A program made the position numbers and the translations under genes. The notes beneath the pieces were generated by a model that was given only the letters and a program-made list of their open reading frames with translations, had not been told where the DNA came from and searched no databases. 43,938 nt of DNA from an uncultured Gammaproteobacteria bacterium (lineage in GTDB: Bacteria; Patescibacteriota; Patescibacteriia; CAIXNZ01), in contig CAZHFK010000002.1 in NCBI GenBank assembly GCA_964531215.1, forward strand, positions 1-43,938, given 5' to 3'. Positions 1 to 8,285 of the stretch are shown here, in pieces. Each line of letters begins with the position of its first letter. Within the stretch, counting starts at the first letter, position 1.

Positions 1-57
1 AGTTTACCACTATCTTTTTGTTTTCCACCACACTAATTATTATACAGCCTACAAATC

Positions 58-86
58 TTGACTAATTTTATTAAATATGATATACT
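58..86 (+). promoter_or_regulatory. sigma70-type promoter (TTGACT-17 nt-TATACT)
   Basis: TTGACT at 58-63, a 17-nt spacer and TATACT at 81-86. An intrinsic terminator follows within about 50 nt, with no ORF between. Confidence 0.45.
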
Positions 87-92
87 CTTTAT

Positions 93-164
93 AGATGTAA
101 GGGTAATATACTCTTTTACAAAGGGAAAAAATTCCAGGCTCTATGCCCGGGATTTTTTCTTTTT
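93..164 (+). ncRNA. putative small RNA 1, unknown family
   Basis: Non-coding unit bracketed by a promoter and a terminator. 5' hairpin at 97-119 (gtaaggg/cttttac with G-U pairs). Terminator hairpin at 130-154 (aattccaggc/gcccgggatt, one mismatch) followed by a T-run to 164. Confidence 0.35.
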
Positions 165-178
165 AAAATAATATAAGA

Positions 179-207
179 TTGACATTTGATATTTTTTTTG
201 ATACAAT
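179..207 (+). promoter_or_regulatory. sigma70-type promoter (TTGACA-17 nt-TACAAT)
   Basis: TTGACA at 179-184, a 17-nt spacer and TACAAT at 202-207. Confidence 0.5.
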
Positions 208-213
208 TCAAAT

Positions 214-304
214 TGACAGGGGAGTTGACACCCTTACATCTACTTTGTAATCGGGGTTAAATCCTCTCCTGTCATTAAAAAACACCCTGGCCAGGGTGTT
301 TTTT
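214..304 (+). ncRNA. putative small RNA 2, unknown family
   Basis: No ORF. A 10-bp stem (gacaggggag 215-224 with ctctcctgtc 264-273) encloses about 40 nt. It is followed by a perfect hairpin at 283-298 and a T-run. The region is locally GC-richer than its surroundings. Confidence 0.4.
277..304. terminator. bidirectional intrinsic terminator (small RNA 2 on +, topA on -)
   Basis: A-run at 277-282, palindrome caccctggccagggtg at 283-298 and T-run at 299-304. It can function on both strands. Confidence 0.7.
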
Positions 305-371
305 AATACCTAACAGCCCCCCCCCTCAGCGACCAAATGGAGCTGGGGGAGTACATCATTTATTTTTATAA

Positions 372-2495
372 TTATTTTTCTATTTCTTTGGGTTTTTCCC
401 AGGAAGCATAATCACAATCAGGATAAAGGTTGCAAGCCCAAAATATTTTACCTCTTTTGGTTTTTTTTACTACGACTTCACCCTTTTTGCATTTGGGACA
501 GGTTTGTCCGGTTGTTTTTTGAATTTGTTTGGTAAATTTACAGTCAGGATATCCAGAGCAAGCTAAAAATTTGCCAAAACGACCAGTTTTTACAAGCAAT
601 GGTTTATTACATTCTGGACATTTTTCTTTTGTTTCTCGGGCTTCTTGCTCTTCTTTGGTAACAAAAAGCGGTTGGGTATTTTTACAGTCAGGATAATTAG
701 AGCAAGCCAGAAATTTACCAAAACGACCCATTTTAATAACCATGGGCGAACCGCATTTTTCACATTTTATATCAGTTGCTTCTTCGGTTAATTCTTTTTT
801 GGTTATTTCTTTTTCTTTAATTTTTAAATTATCAATAAAAGGATCATAAAAATTTTCAACTATAGGCTGCCAATCTTTTTTCCCGGCTGCTATTTGATCC
901 AAATTTTTTTCCATTTGGGCAGTAAAATTGTAATTAACTATTTGTGGAAAATGTTCAACCAAAAGTTCATTAACCAACGTCCCTATTTCAGTCGGTTGTA
1001 ATTTTTTATCGTCGTTTTTGATAACATAATTCCTTTCTTGAATCGTAGATAAGGTGGGCGCATAAGTCGAGGGACGGCCAATGCCGTGTTCTTCTAAGGC
1101 TTTAATTAAGCTAGCTTCTGAATAACGAGCAGGTGGTTGAGTAAAATGCTGGAGCTTTTTTAATTCAATTAAATTTAATTCATCTTTTTCATTTAAATTC
1201 GGTAAAGTATTTTCCTTAACAGTTGTTTGATAAATTTTTAAAAATCCGTCAAATTTTATAACCGAACCATTGGCTCTAAAAGTATAATCATTAGCTTTGA
1301 TATCGATTTTAGTCTGATCAATTACAGCGGGTTGCATTTGACAAGCTACTGTTCTTTGCCAAATTAAATTATATAATTTATATTGTTTTGGATCTAAGTA
1401 TTGTTTTATTTTTTCCGGAGCATTATTAATATCAGTGGGCCTGATCGCTTCATGTGCCTCTTGGGCACCTTTAGATTTGGTTTTATATATTCTGGCTTTG
1501 TCCGGTAAATAATTTTTACCAATTTGTTCGGTAATGTAATGCCTAATATTATCCAGTGAATAATTGGAAAGATTTAAAGAGTCGGTTCTCATATAAGTAA
1601 TTAAACCAACAGAGCCTTGGGTGCCAATCTCAATACCTTCGTATAATCTTTGAGCCAGCATCATTGTTTGTTTGGCTGAATAGCCCAATTTGCGAGAAGC
1701 TTCTTGTTGCAATGTGCTGGTAGTAAACGGGGTTGGCGGTTGTTTTTTTGCCTCTTTCTTTTCAATTGATTCTACTTGATAATTTGCGTCTTTTAAATTA
1801 TTTAAAATAGTTTCCGCTTGTTTGCCGTTTTGAATATCTAATTTTTTTAAAGTTTTATTTTTTTGTTTGATTAATTGAGCAGTAAAAGTTTGTTTGTTTT
1901 TTTCCAGGTCAGCTTCAATGGTCCAATATTCTTCTTGTTTAAAGGCTTGAATTTCTTTTTCTTTTTCACACACTAAACGTACCGCTACAGACTGAACACG
2001 TCCGGCGCTTAAACCTCTGGCAACTTTTTGCCATAAAAAAGGTGAAAGTTTATAACCAACCAAGCGATCTAAAATTCTTCTGGCTTGTTGTGCGTCTACC
2101 ATGTTCATGTTTATTGATTTTGGGTTGCCTAAGGCTTGCTGAATTGCCTTTTTTGTTATTTCATGAAAAGTAATTCGTTCAATTTTTTTATCTTTTAATT
2201 TTAAAGCTTTGGTCAAATGCCAAGCAATAGCCTCTCCCTCTCGGTCTTCATCAGTTGCCAGAATTATCTTTTCATTTTTATTAGCCAATTCTTGTAGTTT
2301 TTTAACTTGTTTGTTGGCTTTGGTCGGAATAACATATTGGGGCTCAAAATTTTCTTCAATATTAACACCTAGTTTGCTTTTGGGTAAATCCCGGACATGT
2401 CCAAAAGAAGACTCCACCTTGAAGTCTTTAGGTAAAAATTTTGTAATTGTTTTGGCTTTGGTTGGTGATTCAACAATAACTAATGATTTGGACAT
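372..2495 (-). CDS. topA: DNA topoisomerase I with three C-terminal zinc-ribbon repeats
   Basis: 707-aa ORF. N-terminal Toprim motif LVIVESPTKAKTI, and DEDREGEAI. Three C-terminal repeats of the form CxxC...GRFGKFLACSxYPDC. Confidence 0.97.
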   Translation of the reverse strand: MSKSLVIVESPTKAKTITKFLPKDFKVESSFGHVRDLPKSKLGVNIEENFEPQYVIPTKANKQVKKLQELANKNEKIILATDEDREGEAIAWHLTKALKLKDKKIERITFHEITKKAIQQALGNPKSINMNMVDAQQARRILDRLVGYKLSPFLWQKVARGLSAGRVQSVAVRLVCEKEKEIQAFKQEEYWTIEADLEKNKQTFTAQLIKQKNKTLKKLDIQNGKQAETILNNLKDANYQVESIEKKEAKKQPPTPFTTSTLQQEASRKLGYSAKQTMMLAQRLYEGIEIGTQGSVGLITYMRTDSLNLSNYSLDNIRHYITEQIGKNYLPDKARIYKTKSKGAQEAHEAIRPTDINNAPEKIKQYLDPKQYKLYNLIWQRTVACQMQPAVIDQTKIDIKANDYTFRANGSVIKFDGFLKIYQTTVKENTLPNLNEKDELNLIELKKLQHFTQPPARYSEASLIKALEEHGIGRPSTYAPTLSTIQERNYVIKNDDKKLQPTEIGTLVNELLVEHFPQIVNYNFTAQMEKNLDQIAAGKKDWQPIVENFYDPFIDNLKIKEKEITKKELTEEATDIKCEKCGSPMVIKMGRFGKFLACSNYPDCKNTQPLFVTKEEQEARETKEKCPECNKPLLVKTGRFGKFLACSGYPDCKFTKQIQKTTGQTCPKCKKGEVVVKKTKRGKIFWACNLYPDCDYASWEKPKEIEK

Positions 2496-2534
2496 TATTT
2501 TAAATTTAATATTTTATTAAGATAATTAATATTA

Positions 2535-2563
2535 TTAATAACAGAGGGGGTAATTTTTGTCAA
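2535..2563 (-). promoter_or_regulatory. candidate topA promoter (TTGACA-17 nt-TATTAA on minus strand)
   Basis: The reverse complement of 2558-2563 is TTGACA, followed by a 17-nt spacer. The reverse complement of 2535-2540 is TATTAA. It lies about 40 nt upstream of the topA ATG. Confidence 0.4.
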
Positions 2564-2566
2564 ATT

Positions 2567-3664
2567 TTAATTTAAAACAATATAATTATTCATGCCTAAA
2601 TTTTTAACCAAGCCTTTCATTTCCATTAAACTTAGAGTACTGCCAATTTTAGCCGCTGGTAAATTGGTTTTTTTGATAATTTGATCAATATGAATTGGTT
2701 CTTTTGATAAATTTTGTAAGATAATTTTTTCTTCTTCTGTTTCCGGTAATATTTTTTGATTGGATACATAATTTTTAACCTCTTGTAAATTTAATTCTTC
2801 TAAAATATCCTGATAATTCGTGACCAGTTTGGCCCCCTTTTGAATTAATTTATTGGTACCAATGGATTGTTGATTATAAAGTGAACCAGGTACAGCAAAA
2901 ACTTCTCTATTTTGCTCAAGTGAATGCCAGGCAGTAATTAAAGAGCCAGAACTGGCAGCCGCTTCTATTACTAATGTGCCCAAGCAAAGTCCGGCAATAA
3001 TTCTGTTTCTGGTCGGGAAATTATGTTTTAAAGGCAGGGTGTTTATTGGAAATTCAGAAATAATTGTACCATTATTATTTAATATATTTTGAGCCAGATA
3101 ACGATTACTACTGGGATAAATGCTTGACTGGTCAATACCGCTGCCTAAAACAGCAATTGTTTGACCATTAGTTTCTAAAGTCGATTGATGAGCTAAAGCA
3201 TCAATACCGAGAGCCAGACCACTGGTAATAGTAAAACCGTTTTTCACCAATGGTTTAATAATTTCCGGGGTAATTTGTTTGCCGTAATTAGAGATTTTTC
3301 TGGTACCCACAACAGCTAAATTAAATTTTGAATTTAGATTTTCCAAGTTACCTTTAATATATAATAAGGCCGGCGGATTAAAAATCTCTTTTAAAAGTTT
3401 CGGATAATTTTTATCGGCAATGGTAATAACTTGAATATTTTCGGCTTGTAATTTTGCCAATTCTTGCTTTGGATCAATTTGTTGTTTGACAGTTAAAAAT
3501 TCCTCTATTAAGTTATTTTCCAAACCGGCTTTTTGTAATTCTAAAAAAGACGCCTGCCAAGCCGCTTGCATGGTTGAAAAATAAGTATACAATTTTTTAA
3601 ACCGGTTAGCGCCTATTTTGGAAAATTGCGAAAAAGCCAACCAGTATTTTAAATCATGATTCAT
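2567..3664 (-). CDS. dprA: DNA processing protein DprA/Smf
   Basis: The ORF track gives 2567-3706. The Rossmann-like core VVGTRKISNYG...GLALGIDALAHQ...AVLGSGID...FPTRNRIIAGL is typical of DprA. I prefer the ATG at 3664 (MNHDLKYW) because the longer form overlaps a strong divergent promoter at 3700-3728. Confidence 0.88.
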   Translation of the reverse strand: MNHDLKYWLAFSQFSKIGANRFKKLYTYFSTMQAAWQASFLELQKAGLENNLIEEFLTVKQQIDPKQELAKLQAENIQVITIADKNYPKLLKEIFNPPALLYIKGNLENLNSKFNLAVVGTRKISNYGKQITPEIIKPLVKNGFTITSGLALGIDALAHQSTLETNGQTIAVLGSGIDQSSIYPSSNRYLAQNILNNNGTIISEFPINTLPLKHNFPTRNRIIAGLCLGTLVIEAAASSGSLITAWHSLEQNREVFAVPGSLYNQQSIGTNKLIQKGAKLVTNYQDILEELNLQEVKNYVSNQKILPETEEEKIILQNLSKEPIHIDQIIKKTNLPAAKIGSTLSLMEMKGLVKNLGMNNYIVLN

Positions 3665-3699
3665 AAATAATTTATTTAAATATAGCATACAAACATGGC

Positions 3700-3728
3700 T
3701 TGACAAAGCTTTTTAAATATGCTATATT
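3700..3728 (+). promoter_or_regulatory. sigma70-type promoter (TTGACA-17 nt-TATATT)
   Basis: TTGACA at 3700-3705, a 17-nt spacer at 3706-3722 and TATATT at 3723-3728. It drives a non-coding, GC-rich region. Confidence 0.6.
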
Positions 3729-3734
3729 GTGATA

Positions 3735-3917
3735 ATATAAGTTTGAAAATTTAGTATTCAGTGATCTACTTGCCAGTCGGCGGGTGAATGAGGCACCCTC
3801 CTTCCTCTTAGTAATCTGCCATAAGTTAGGGCCAGAAGTCTTGTGCTTCGAGTCCTACACTGGTGGGTAGTACTCTGGATATTAAAAATAAAAAACTGGG
3901 TTAATGCCCAGTTTTTT
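3735..3917 (+). ncRNA. putative structured small RNA (rod-like, about 180 nt), family not recognised
   Basis: No ORF. Markedly GC-richer than its flanks. 12-bp helix 3766-3777/3859-3870 (ctacttgccagt/actggtgggtag, three G-U pairs). Outer helix 3751-3761/3875-3885. Inner helix aggcac 3791-3796 with gtgctt 3843-3848. Ends in the terminator at 3890-3917. Confidence 0.55.
3890..3917. terminator. bidirectional intrinsic terminator (sRNA on +, pth on -)
   Basis: A-run, hairpin actggg-ttaat-gcccagt at 3895-3912, then a T-run. It lies between the convergent sRNA and the pth stop at 3933. Confidence 0.75.
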
Positions 3918-3932
3918 ATTAAATATATATAT

Positions 3933-4460
3933 TTAATTTTTCAAGATTGAATTTAATTCTTCAATTGTTTTTTGAGGCAAATCCCGAGCTTTAGTCAGAT
4001 CTTGTTTTGTAAACTTTTGTAAAACAAATTTTTCAGTTGGGATTTTTGTCCTGATCATTTCATTGGCTACCCCGATTTTTATCTGCCAGAAATTATTGGA
4101 TTTTAAATGGTTGATAATTGATTGAATGCCTTTATGTCCGGCCCCACTCGAACCTTTTTTAGATTTTATTTTACCTACTTCAATATCTACATCATCACGG
4201 ATGATAATAATATCAGAAGTTTTAATTTTATAATATTTTTTTATTGCTACAACTGCTTCACCCGAATTGTTCATAAAAGTTTGCGGCTTGGCTAAAATAA
4301 TATTTTTATTTTTGGCAATTTCAGCTTTTAGTTTTTTATCCAATTTAAATTTAGGCAAATCAAAATAATCTTTTAAATAATCAAGAGCTTGCCAGCCAAT
4401 ATTATGGCGAGTATTTTTAAATTTTGGTCCGGGATTGCCTAATCCCACGATTAGTTTCAT
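3933..4460 (-). CDS. pth: peptidyl-tRNA hydrolase
   Basis: LIVGLGNPGPKFKNTRHNIGW and GHKGIQSI motifs. The ATG at 4460 (MKLIVGLGNPG) is preferred over the TTG at 4472 used by the ORF track. Confidence 0.93.
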   Translation of the reverse strand: MKLIVGLGNPGPKFKNTRHNIGWQALDYLKDYFDLPKFKLDKKLKAEIAKNKNIILAKPQTFMNNSGEAVVAIKKYYKIKTSDIIIIRDDVDIEVGKIKSKKGSSGAGHKGIQSIINHLKSNNFWQIKIGVANEMIRTKIPTEKFVLQKFTKQDLTKARDLPQKTIEELNSILKN

Positions 4461-4488
4461 ATACTTTAGCAAATGGCATATGCCATTA

Positions 4489-5355
4489 TTATGATTTTTT
4501 AGCGATAATTTTTAAAGCTTGGGGGAGAATTTTAACATCCAAGTGGGTTAATTCTACTACTTCACCGTCTATTTGTATAGGGGTTTTTTTATAAAAAGGC
4601 AAGACATAGATTTCTTTGGCAGTATAATATTCATAGCGCCAGTCTTTAGGATATTTTTTTAAAAAAAAACGATGAATTAAAATGCCCAAATCCCTTATAT
4701 TTAAGGTGTTTAAAATGCTGATATTAAAATAACCGTCATTAATTTTTGCTTTGGGGTTTAAAGTTAGATTAAAAAAACTGGCAAAATTGGAAATAAAAAT
4801 ACTTTGAGCTTTGACTGTTTTTTGCTGATCATTGATTTTAATAAAAAATTTATTGGCCTTAGTGCTAAAAAAACTAAAAATCAAACTAAAAATATAAGCA
4901 ATCCAGCCCCAGGTTTTTTTCATTTTTCTGGAAGCATTTTTGATTACTTTGGCATCAAAACCAATTCCGGTGGCTATTAAAAAATAATGACGATTATTGA
5001 CCAGACCAACATCTATTTTTTGAGTTTTGGCAGAGAAGCCAAATTTTAAAGCCCTTTTTGTTTCTAAAGGAATTCCCAGCGATAAAGCTAAAATGTTGGC
5101 ACTGCCAATAGGGATAATAGCTAGAGGCGAGTTGATATTATGGTCAATTATCCAAGAAGCAACTTCTTTAATGGTTCCGTCACCGCCAGTAACAAAAATA
5201 CGGTCAAATTCATTGAGTTTTAATTTAGTAAAGCTACCTTCTGTCGTATAATGCCAGTTGACTTCCAAATTATAATTTTTTAAAAATTTTTTAATTGACT
5301 TGTCTTTTTTATTTTTTTTACCGGCCAGCGGATTGTAGATTATTAAAATTTTCAT
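4489..5355 (-). CDS. YegS/BmrU-type lipid kinase (diacylglycerol kinase catalytic-domain family)
   Basis: 288 aa. N-terminal IIYNPLAGKK and the GGDGTIKEV nucleotide-binding motif. Its start overlaps the der stop by 4 nt. Confidence 0.85.
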   Translation of the reverse strand: MKILIIYNPLAGKKNKKDKSIKKFLKNYNLEVNWHYTTEGSFTKLKLNEFDRIFVTGGDGTIKEVASWIIDHNINSPLAIIPIGSANILALSLGIPLETKRALKFGFSAKTQKIDVGLVNNRHYFLIATGIGFDAKVIKNASRKMKKTWGWIAYIFSLIFSFFSTKANKFFIKINDQQKTVKAQSIFISNFASFFNLTLNPKAKINDGYFNISILNTLNIRDLGILIHRFFLKKYPKDWRYEYYTAKEIYVLPFYKKTPIQIDGEVVELTHLDVKILPQALKIIAKKS

Positions 5356-6719
5356 TGTTTTAGTTTTATTTGGATCGGCGTACCAGTTAATTGAAATTTT
5401 TCACGTAATGAATTGGCTAAATATTTAAGATAGGCTTGGTTTAAACTGTCATTTTTACCAATTCTTAATTCAAAACGAGGCGGATCGGTTTTTACTTGTT
5501 TGAGATTTTGCAAATAAGGCGGTTTTGTGCCTTTAGCACTTTGAGGTCGATGTTTTTTGATAGCTTTTTTTAAAAATTTATTCAAAGCGTTTTCACTAAT
5601 TTGAATTTGACGATTTTGATAGATTTGAATTGCTAAGTCAAGAATTTTTTTTGTATTTTTATTGGTTAAGGCAGAAGTGAAAATTATGGGAGCCCAAGTT
5701 AGATAAGGGAAATTTTTATAAATATATTGTTCGAATTTTTTTTGCGTATTGGTCTCTTTATCTTTTATTTTATCCCATTTATTGGCAACAATAATAATGC
5801 TGATATTGGCTTCTAATAATAGTTTACTTAATTTATTGTCTTGGACAGAAATCGGCTGGGAAATATCAAGAACCAATAAACAAATATCAGATTTTTGAAC
5901 ATTTTCCAGGCTTTTTTTAACAGAAATTTTTTCCAATTCTAGATTAATTTTAGCCTGTTTCCTGATGCCCGCAGTATCAATTAAAGTGAAAGGTTGATCT
6001 TTATAAATTATTTGGATATCAATCGCTTCTCTGGTGGTAAACGGTTTTGGCGAGACAATAACCCTTTCTTGCCCGAAAATAGAATTTAATAAGGATGATT
6101 TACCCACATTTGGTTTACCAATTATGGCAATTTTAATACCGGGTTCTATTTCTATTTTGGCGGCTTTTTTTGATTTTTTGATTTTTTTTAATTTACTGAC
6201 TACAACATCTAATAAATCACCAGTGCCCGAACCATTGAGAGCAGATACAAAAATAGGCTCACCCAAGCCTAGTGTGAAAAATTCAGCAGCTTTTTCTTGC
6301 TGTTTTCGGGAATCAGTTTTATTGGCAACCAAAATTATTTCTTTATTTAATTTTTTGAGATTTTTGCACAATTCTTTGTCTTGTGGCAAGAGTCCTGTTT
6401 TTATATCAACTACAAATAAAATTAAATCAGCTTGTTTTAAAATAGTTTGAGTTTGATTAATAATATCCAGAGCAAAATCTTTATTTAAGTCCGGTGACAG
6501 TTTTTGAAGTTTTTTACTGGCAATAATTGTTTCAATACCACCGGTATCAATTAATTCCAAATTAATACCCTGCCAATAAACTTGTCCGATATTAATATCG
6601 CGGGTTGTGCCGGCTTTTTTTGAAGTTAGAGCCTTGGGTTTTTCAATTAAGCGATTGAAAAGTGTTGATTTACCCACATTAGCTCTGCCAATAATAATAA
6701 CTTTAGGCAAAGTTTTCAT
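5352..6719 (-). CDS. der: ribosome-associated GTPase Der/EngA (tandem GTPase domains plus KH-like C-terminus)
   Basis: Two P-loops (GRANVGKSTLFN, GKPNVGKSSLLN), two DTGG/DTAG motifs and two NKxD motifs. Confidence 0.95.
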   Translation of the reverse strand: MKTLPKVIIIGRANVGKSTLFNRLIEKPKALTSKKAGTTRDINIGQVYWQGINLELIDTGGIETIIASKKLQKLSPDLNKDFALDIINQTQTILKQADLILFVVDIKTGLLPQDKELCKNLKKLNKEIILVANKTDSRKQQEKAAEFFTLGLGEPIFVSALNGSGTGDLLDVVVSKLKKIKKSKKAAKIEIEPGIKIAIIGKPNVGKSSLLNSIFGQERVIVSPKPFTTREAIDIQIIYKDQPFTLIDTAGIRKQAKINLELEKISVKKSLENVQKSDICLLVLDISQPISVQDNKLSKLLLEANISIIIVANKWDKIKDKETNTQKKFEQYIYKNFPYLTWAPIIFTSALTNKNTKKILDLAIQIYQNRQIQISENALNKFLKKAIKKHRPQSAKGTKPPYLQNLKQVKTDPPRFELRIGKNDSLNQAYLKYLANSLREKFQLTGTPIQIKLKQ

Positions 6720-6724
6720 AATTT

Positions 6725-8113
6725 TTATTCTAATCTTGAGATAGAGATTGGACCCTGATCTTGGCCTAAAATAATTAGAAAATCAATATTAGAAGCAGTA
6801 TTTAAATCAGTATTATTTTTAGGAGCGACATTGGCATTTAATTGTTTTTTTAAATCTTCAAGCGCGTCATTTTTTTGTCCATCGGTGAGATCATAAATAA
6901 CGGTTTTTTCATAATCTTGAGCTTGTGCATTACCTATTTTTAAAACTTTATAGCCGTTTTTTTTAAGATCTAAGGAAGTACGGTAAGCCAATCCTTCTAT
7001 CCTGGTGCCATTTTGAATTTCAACCTTGGTAAATTCTCTGGCTTGTTTTTGTTTGTCCGGTTCAAAAGCATATTTAAATATTTGTTGTAATTGAAAAAAT
7101 GACATATCTTTAGGTAAAAGCAAATAAGCACCGTTAATATTAGTAGAATAAAGCGGGCCAGTGGCACCGTTATCAAGAACAATATTGGTAATGTCTTCTT
7201 CATTAAATTGGCTAGCCATTTTTGCAAATTTGAAAATTTCCCAAGTTTTTAAGTTGGTGGAGATATTGTCATGATATAAATCAAATAAAGTCGAGATTTT
7301 GTTATAACTTAAGAATGTTGTAAAAGATAATGCTTTATCTTTTACTGCTTGTAAGACTTTTTGCTGTCTTTTACTTCTGGCAAAATCAGAATTTTCTCCA
7401 TTCGTGCCATGTCTTGATCGGGCAAAGTTTAGAGCTTCTTGCCCGTTCATTTTTTGCCAGCCTTCTGAAAAAGAAACAGCCTGATAGCCGTAATTATCAG
7501 TAGGGAATTGATTGTCAGTAAAACCGTTATCAACATAAACTTTAATACCTCCAAGTTCATCAATTAATTGTTCAAAACCGGAAAAATCAACTCTTACATA
7601 ATAATGAATCGGTATTTCAAAAATTTGACTGATTGTTTCAGCGGCAAATTTAGGACCTTGGCCTTGGGTTTTCATTTCACCAAAATGATTGGCATTATTG
7701 ATTTTACGCCAGCCATAACCAGGAATCGGTACTGATAAATCACGAGGAATTGAAATTAAGACAACTTTATGGGTTGATGGTTTGACAGAAGCGACTATAA
7801 TCGTATCAGTTAGATACGGGCCGGGATGTCCTTCCCCCCCCATACCCAAAAGTAATATATTAATTCTGTCTTCTGCTTCGCCTTGGAGTGGTTTGTCTGG
7901 ACTTAAAGATAAACCATAGCTGCTAAAAAGATTAATTTTTTCAAAAGTTTCCGTTAGACTGTCACCGGATAAAATAATTTGAAAAGAAAAGACAAAAATA
8001 AAAATCAAAATAAAAATCAAGGGATAAAAAAACAATTTAGGGATTATTTTTTTATAATCCTTTTTCTTTTTATCAAACAAATTGTTTAAAAAATTAATTT
8101 TGGGGACTTCCAT
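6725..8113 (-). CDS. LytR/CpsA/Psr (LCP) family cell-envelope phosphotransferase with LytR_C-like tail
   Basis: N-terminal TM helix, then INILLLGMGG...YLTDTIIVASV...ISIPRDLSVPIPGYGWRKINNA. The C-terminal segment VEIQNGTRIEGLAYRTSLDLKKNGYKV resembles a LytR C-terminal domain. Confidence 0.88.
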   Translation of the reverse strand: MEVPKINFLNNLFDKKKKDYKKIIPKLFFYPLIFILIFIFVFSFQIILSGDSLTETFEKINLFSSYGLSLSPDKPLQGEAEDRINILLLGMGGEGHPGPYLTDTIIVASVKPSTHKVVLISIPRDLSVPIPGYGWRKINNANHFGEMKTQGQGPKFAAETISQIFEIPIHYYVRVDFSGFEQLIDELGGIKVYVDNGFTDNQFPTDNYGYQAVSFSEGWQKMNGQEALNFARSRHGTNGENSDFARSKRQQKVLQAVKDKALSFTTFLSYNKISTLFDLYHDNISTNLKTWEIFKFAKMASQFNEEDITNIVLDNGATGPLYSTNINGAYLLLPKDMSFFQLQQIFKYAFEPDKQKQAREFTKVEIQNGTRIEGLAYRTSLDLKKNGYKVLKIGNAQAQDYEKTVIYDLTDGQKNDALEDLKKQLNANVAPKNNTDLNTASNIDFLIILGQDQGPISISRLE

Positions 8114-8285
8114 TTTTTGAATAATTTAATCAATATGAAAATAAGAAGAGTAATAGCTTGTACTCTAATTACTATATATTTAACCATTAAAATAAAAAAA
8201 AATCAAATTGTATAAATTTGCTTTTAATTATTTTTTATGCTATTATTTTTATAATCTTAATTTTTTATTATTAATTTTTCTAAAA

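Noticed and set aside
1-57. Possible 3' end of a tRNA or other RNA gene, because of ttccacca at 22-29.
   Set aside because: No T-loop (GTTCRANYC) or acceptor-stem complement is visible in the available upstream 20 nt, and the element would be truncated by the window edge. The evidence is insufficient.
215-273. tRNA-like look: ggggttaaatcc resembles a T-arm, and the stem gacaggggag/ctctcctgtc resembles an acceptor stem.
   Set aside because: The stem-enclosed element is only about 60 nt. No D-arm or anticodon arm can be drawn, the putative T-stem does not pair, and there is no CCA or discriminator context. I kept it as a generic small RNA candidate instead.
2209-2520. 103-aa + strand ORF antisense to topA. 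Similar antisense or overlapping ORFs occur at 5027-5251, 6034-6450, 6997-7227, 10504-10701, 37033-37227, 37224-37406, 37619-38017, 39343-39624, 39863-40060 and 42350-42610.
   Set aside because: Each lies entirely inside, or almost entirely overlaps, a strongly supported conserved gene (topA, lipid kinase, der, LCP, rpsU, ftsA, ftsZ and others). Each encodes low-complexity sequence with no recognisable motifs. These are typical shadow ORFs.
3665-3706. Longer N-terminal forms given by the ORF track for dprA (3706), pth (4472, TTG) and lepB (8208).
   Set aside because: The extensions add non-conserved, low-complexity residues. For dprA the extension overlaps a strong divergent promoter, and for pth the intergenic palindrome. 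Internal ATGs sit immediately before the conserved N-terminal motifs.
3750-3886. Assignment of the rod-like RNA as small SRP (4.5S) RNA, or as a 16S rRNA 3'-end fragment because of CACCCUCCUU.
   Set aside because: Neither strand has the conserved SRP domain IV elements (GNRA/GGAA tetraloop flanked by AGCAGC-type loops). Only a short GGCAGAU on the minus strand resembles 4.5S. Similarity to the 16S 3' end is limited to the pyrimidine tract. The family is left open.
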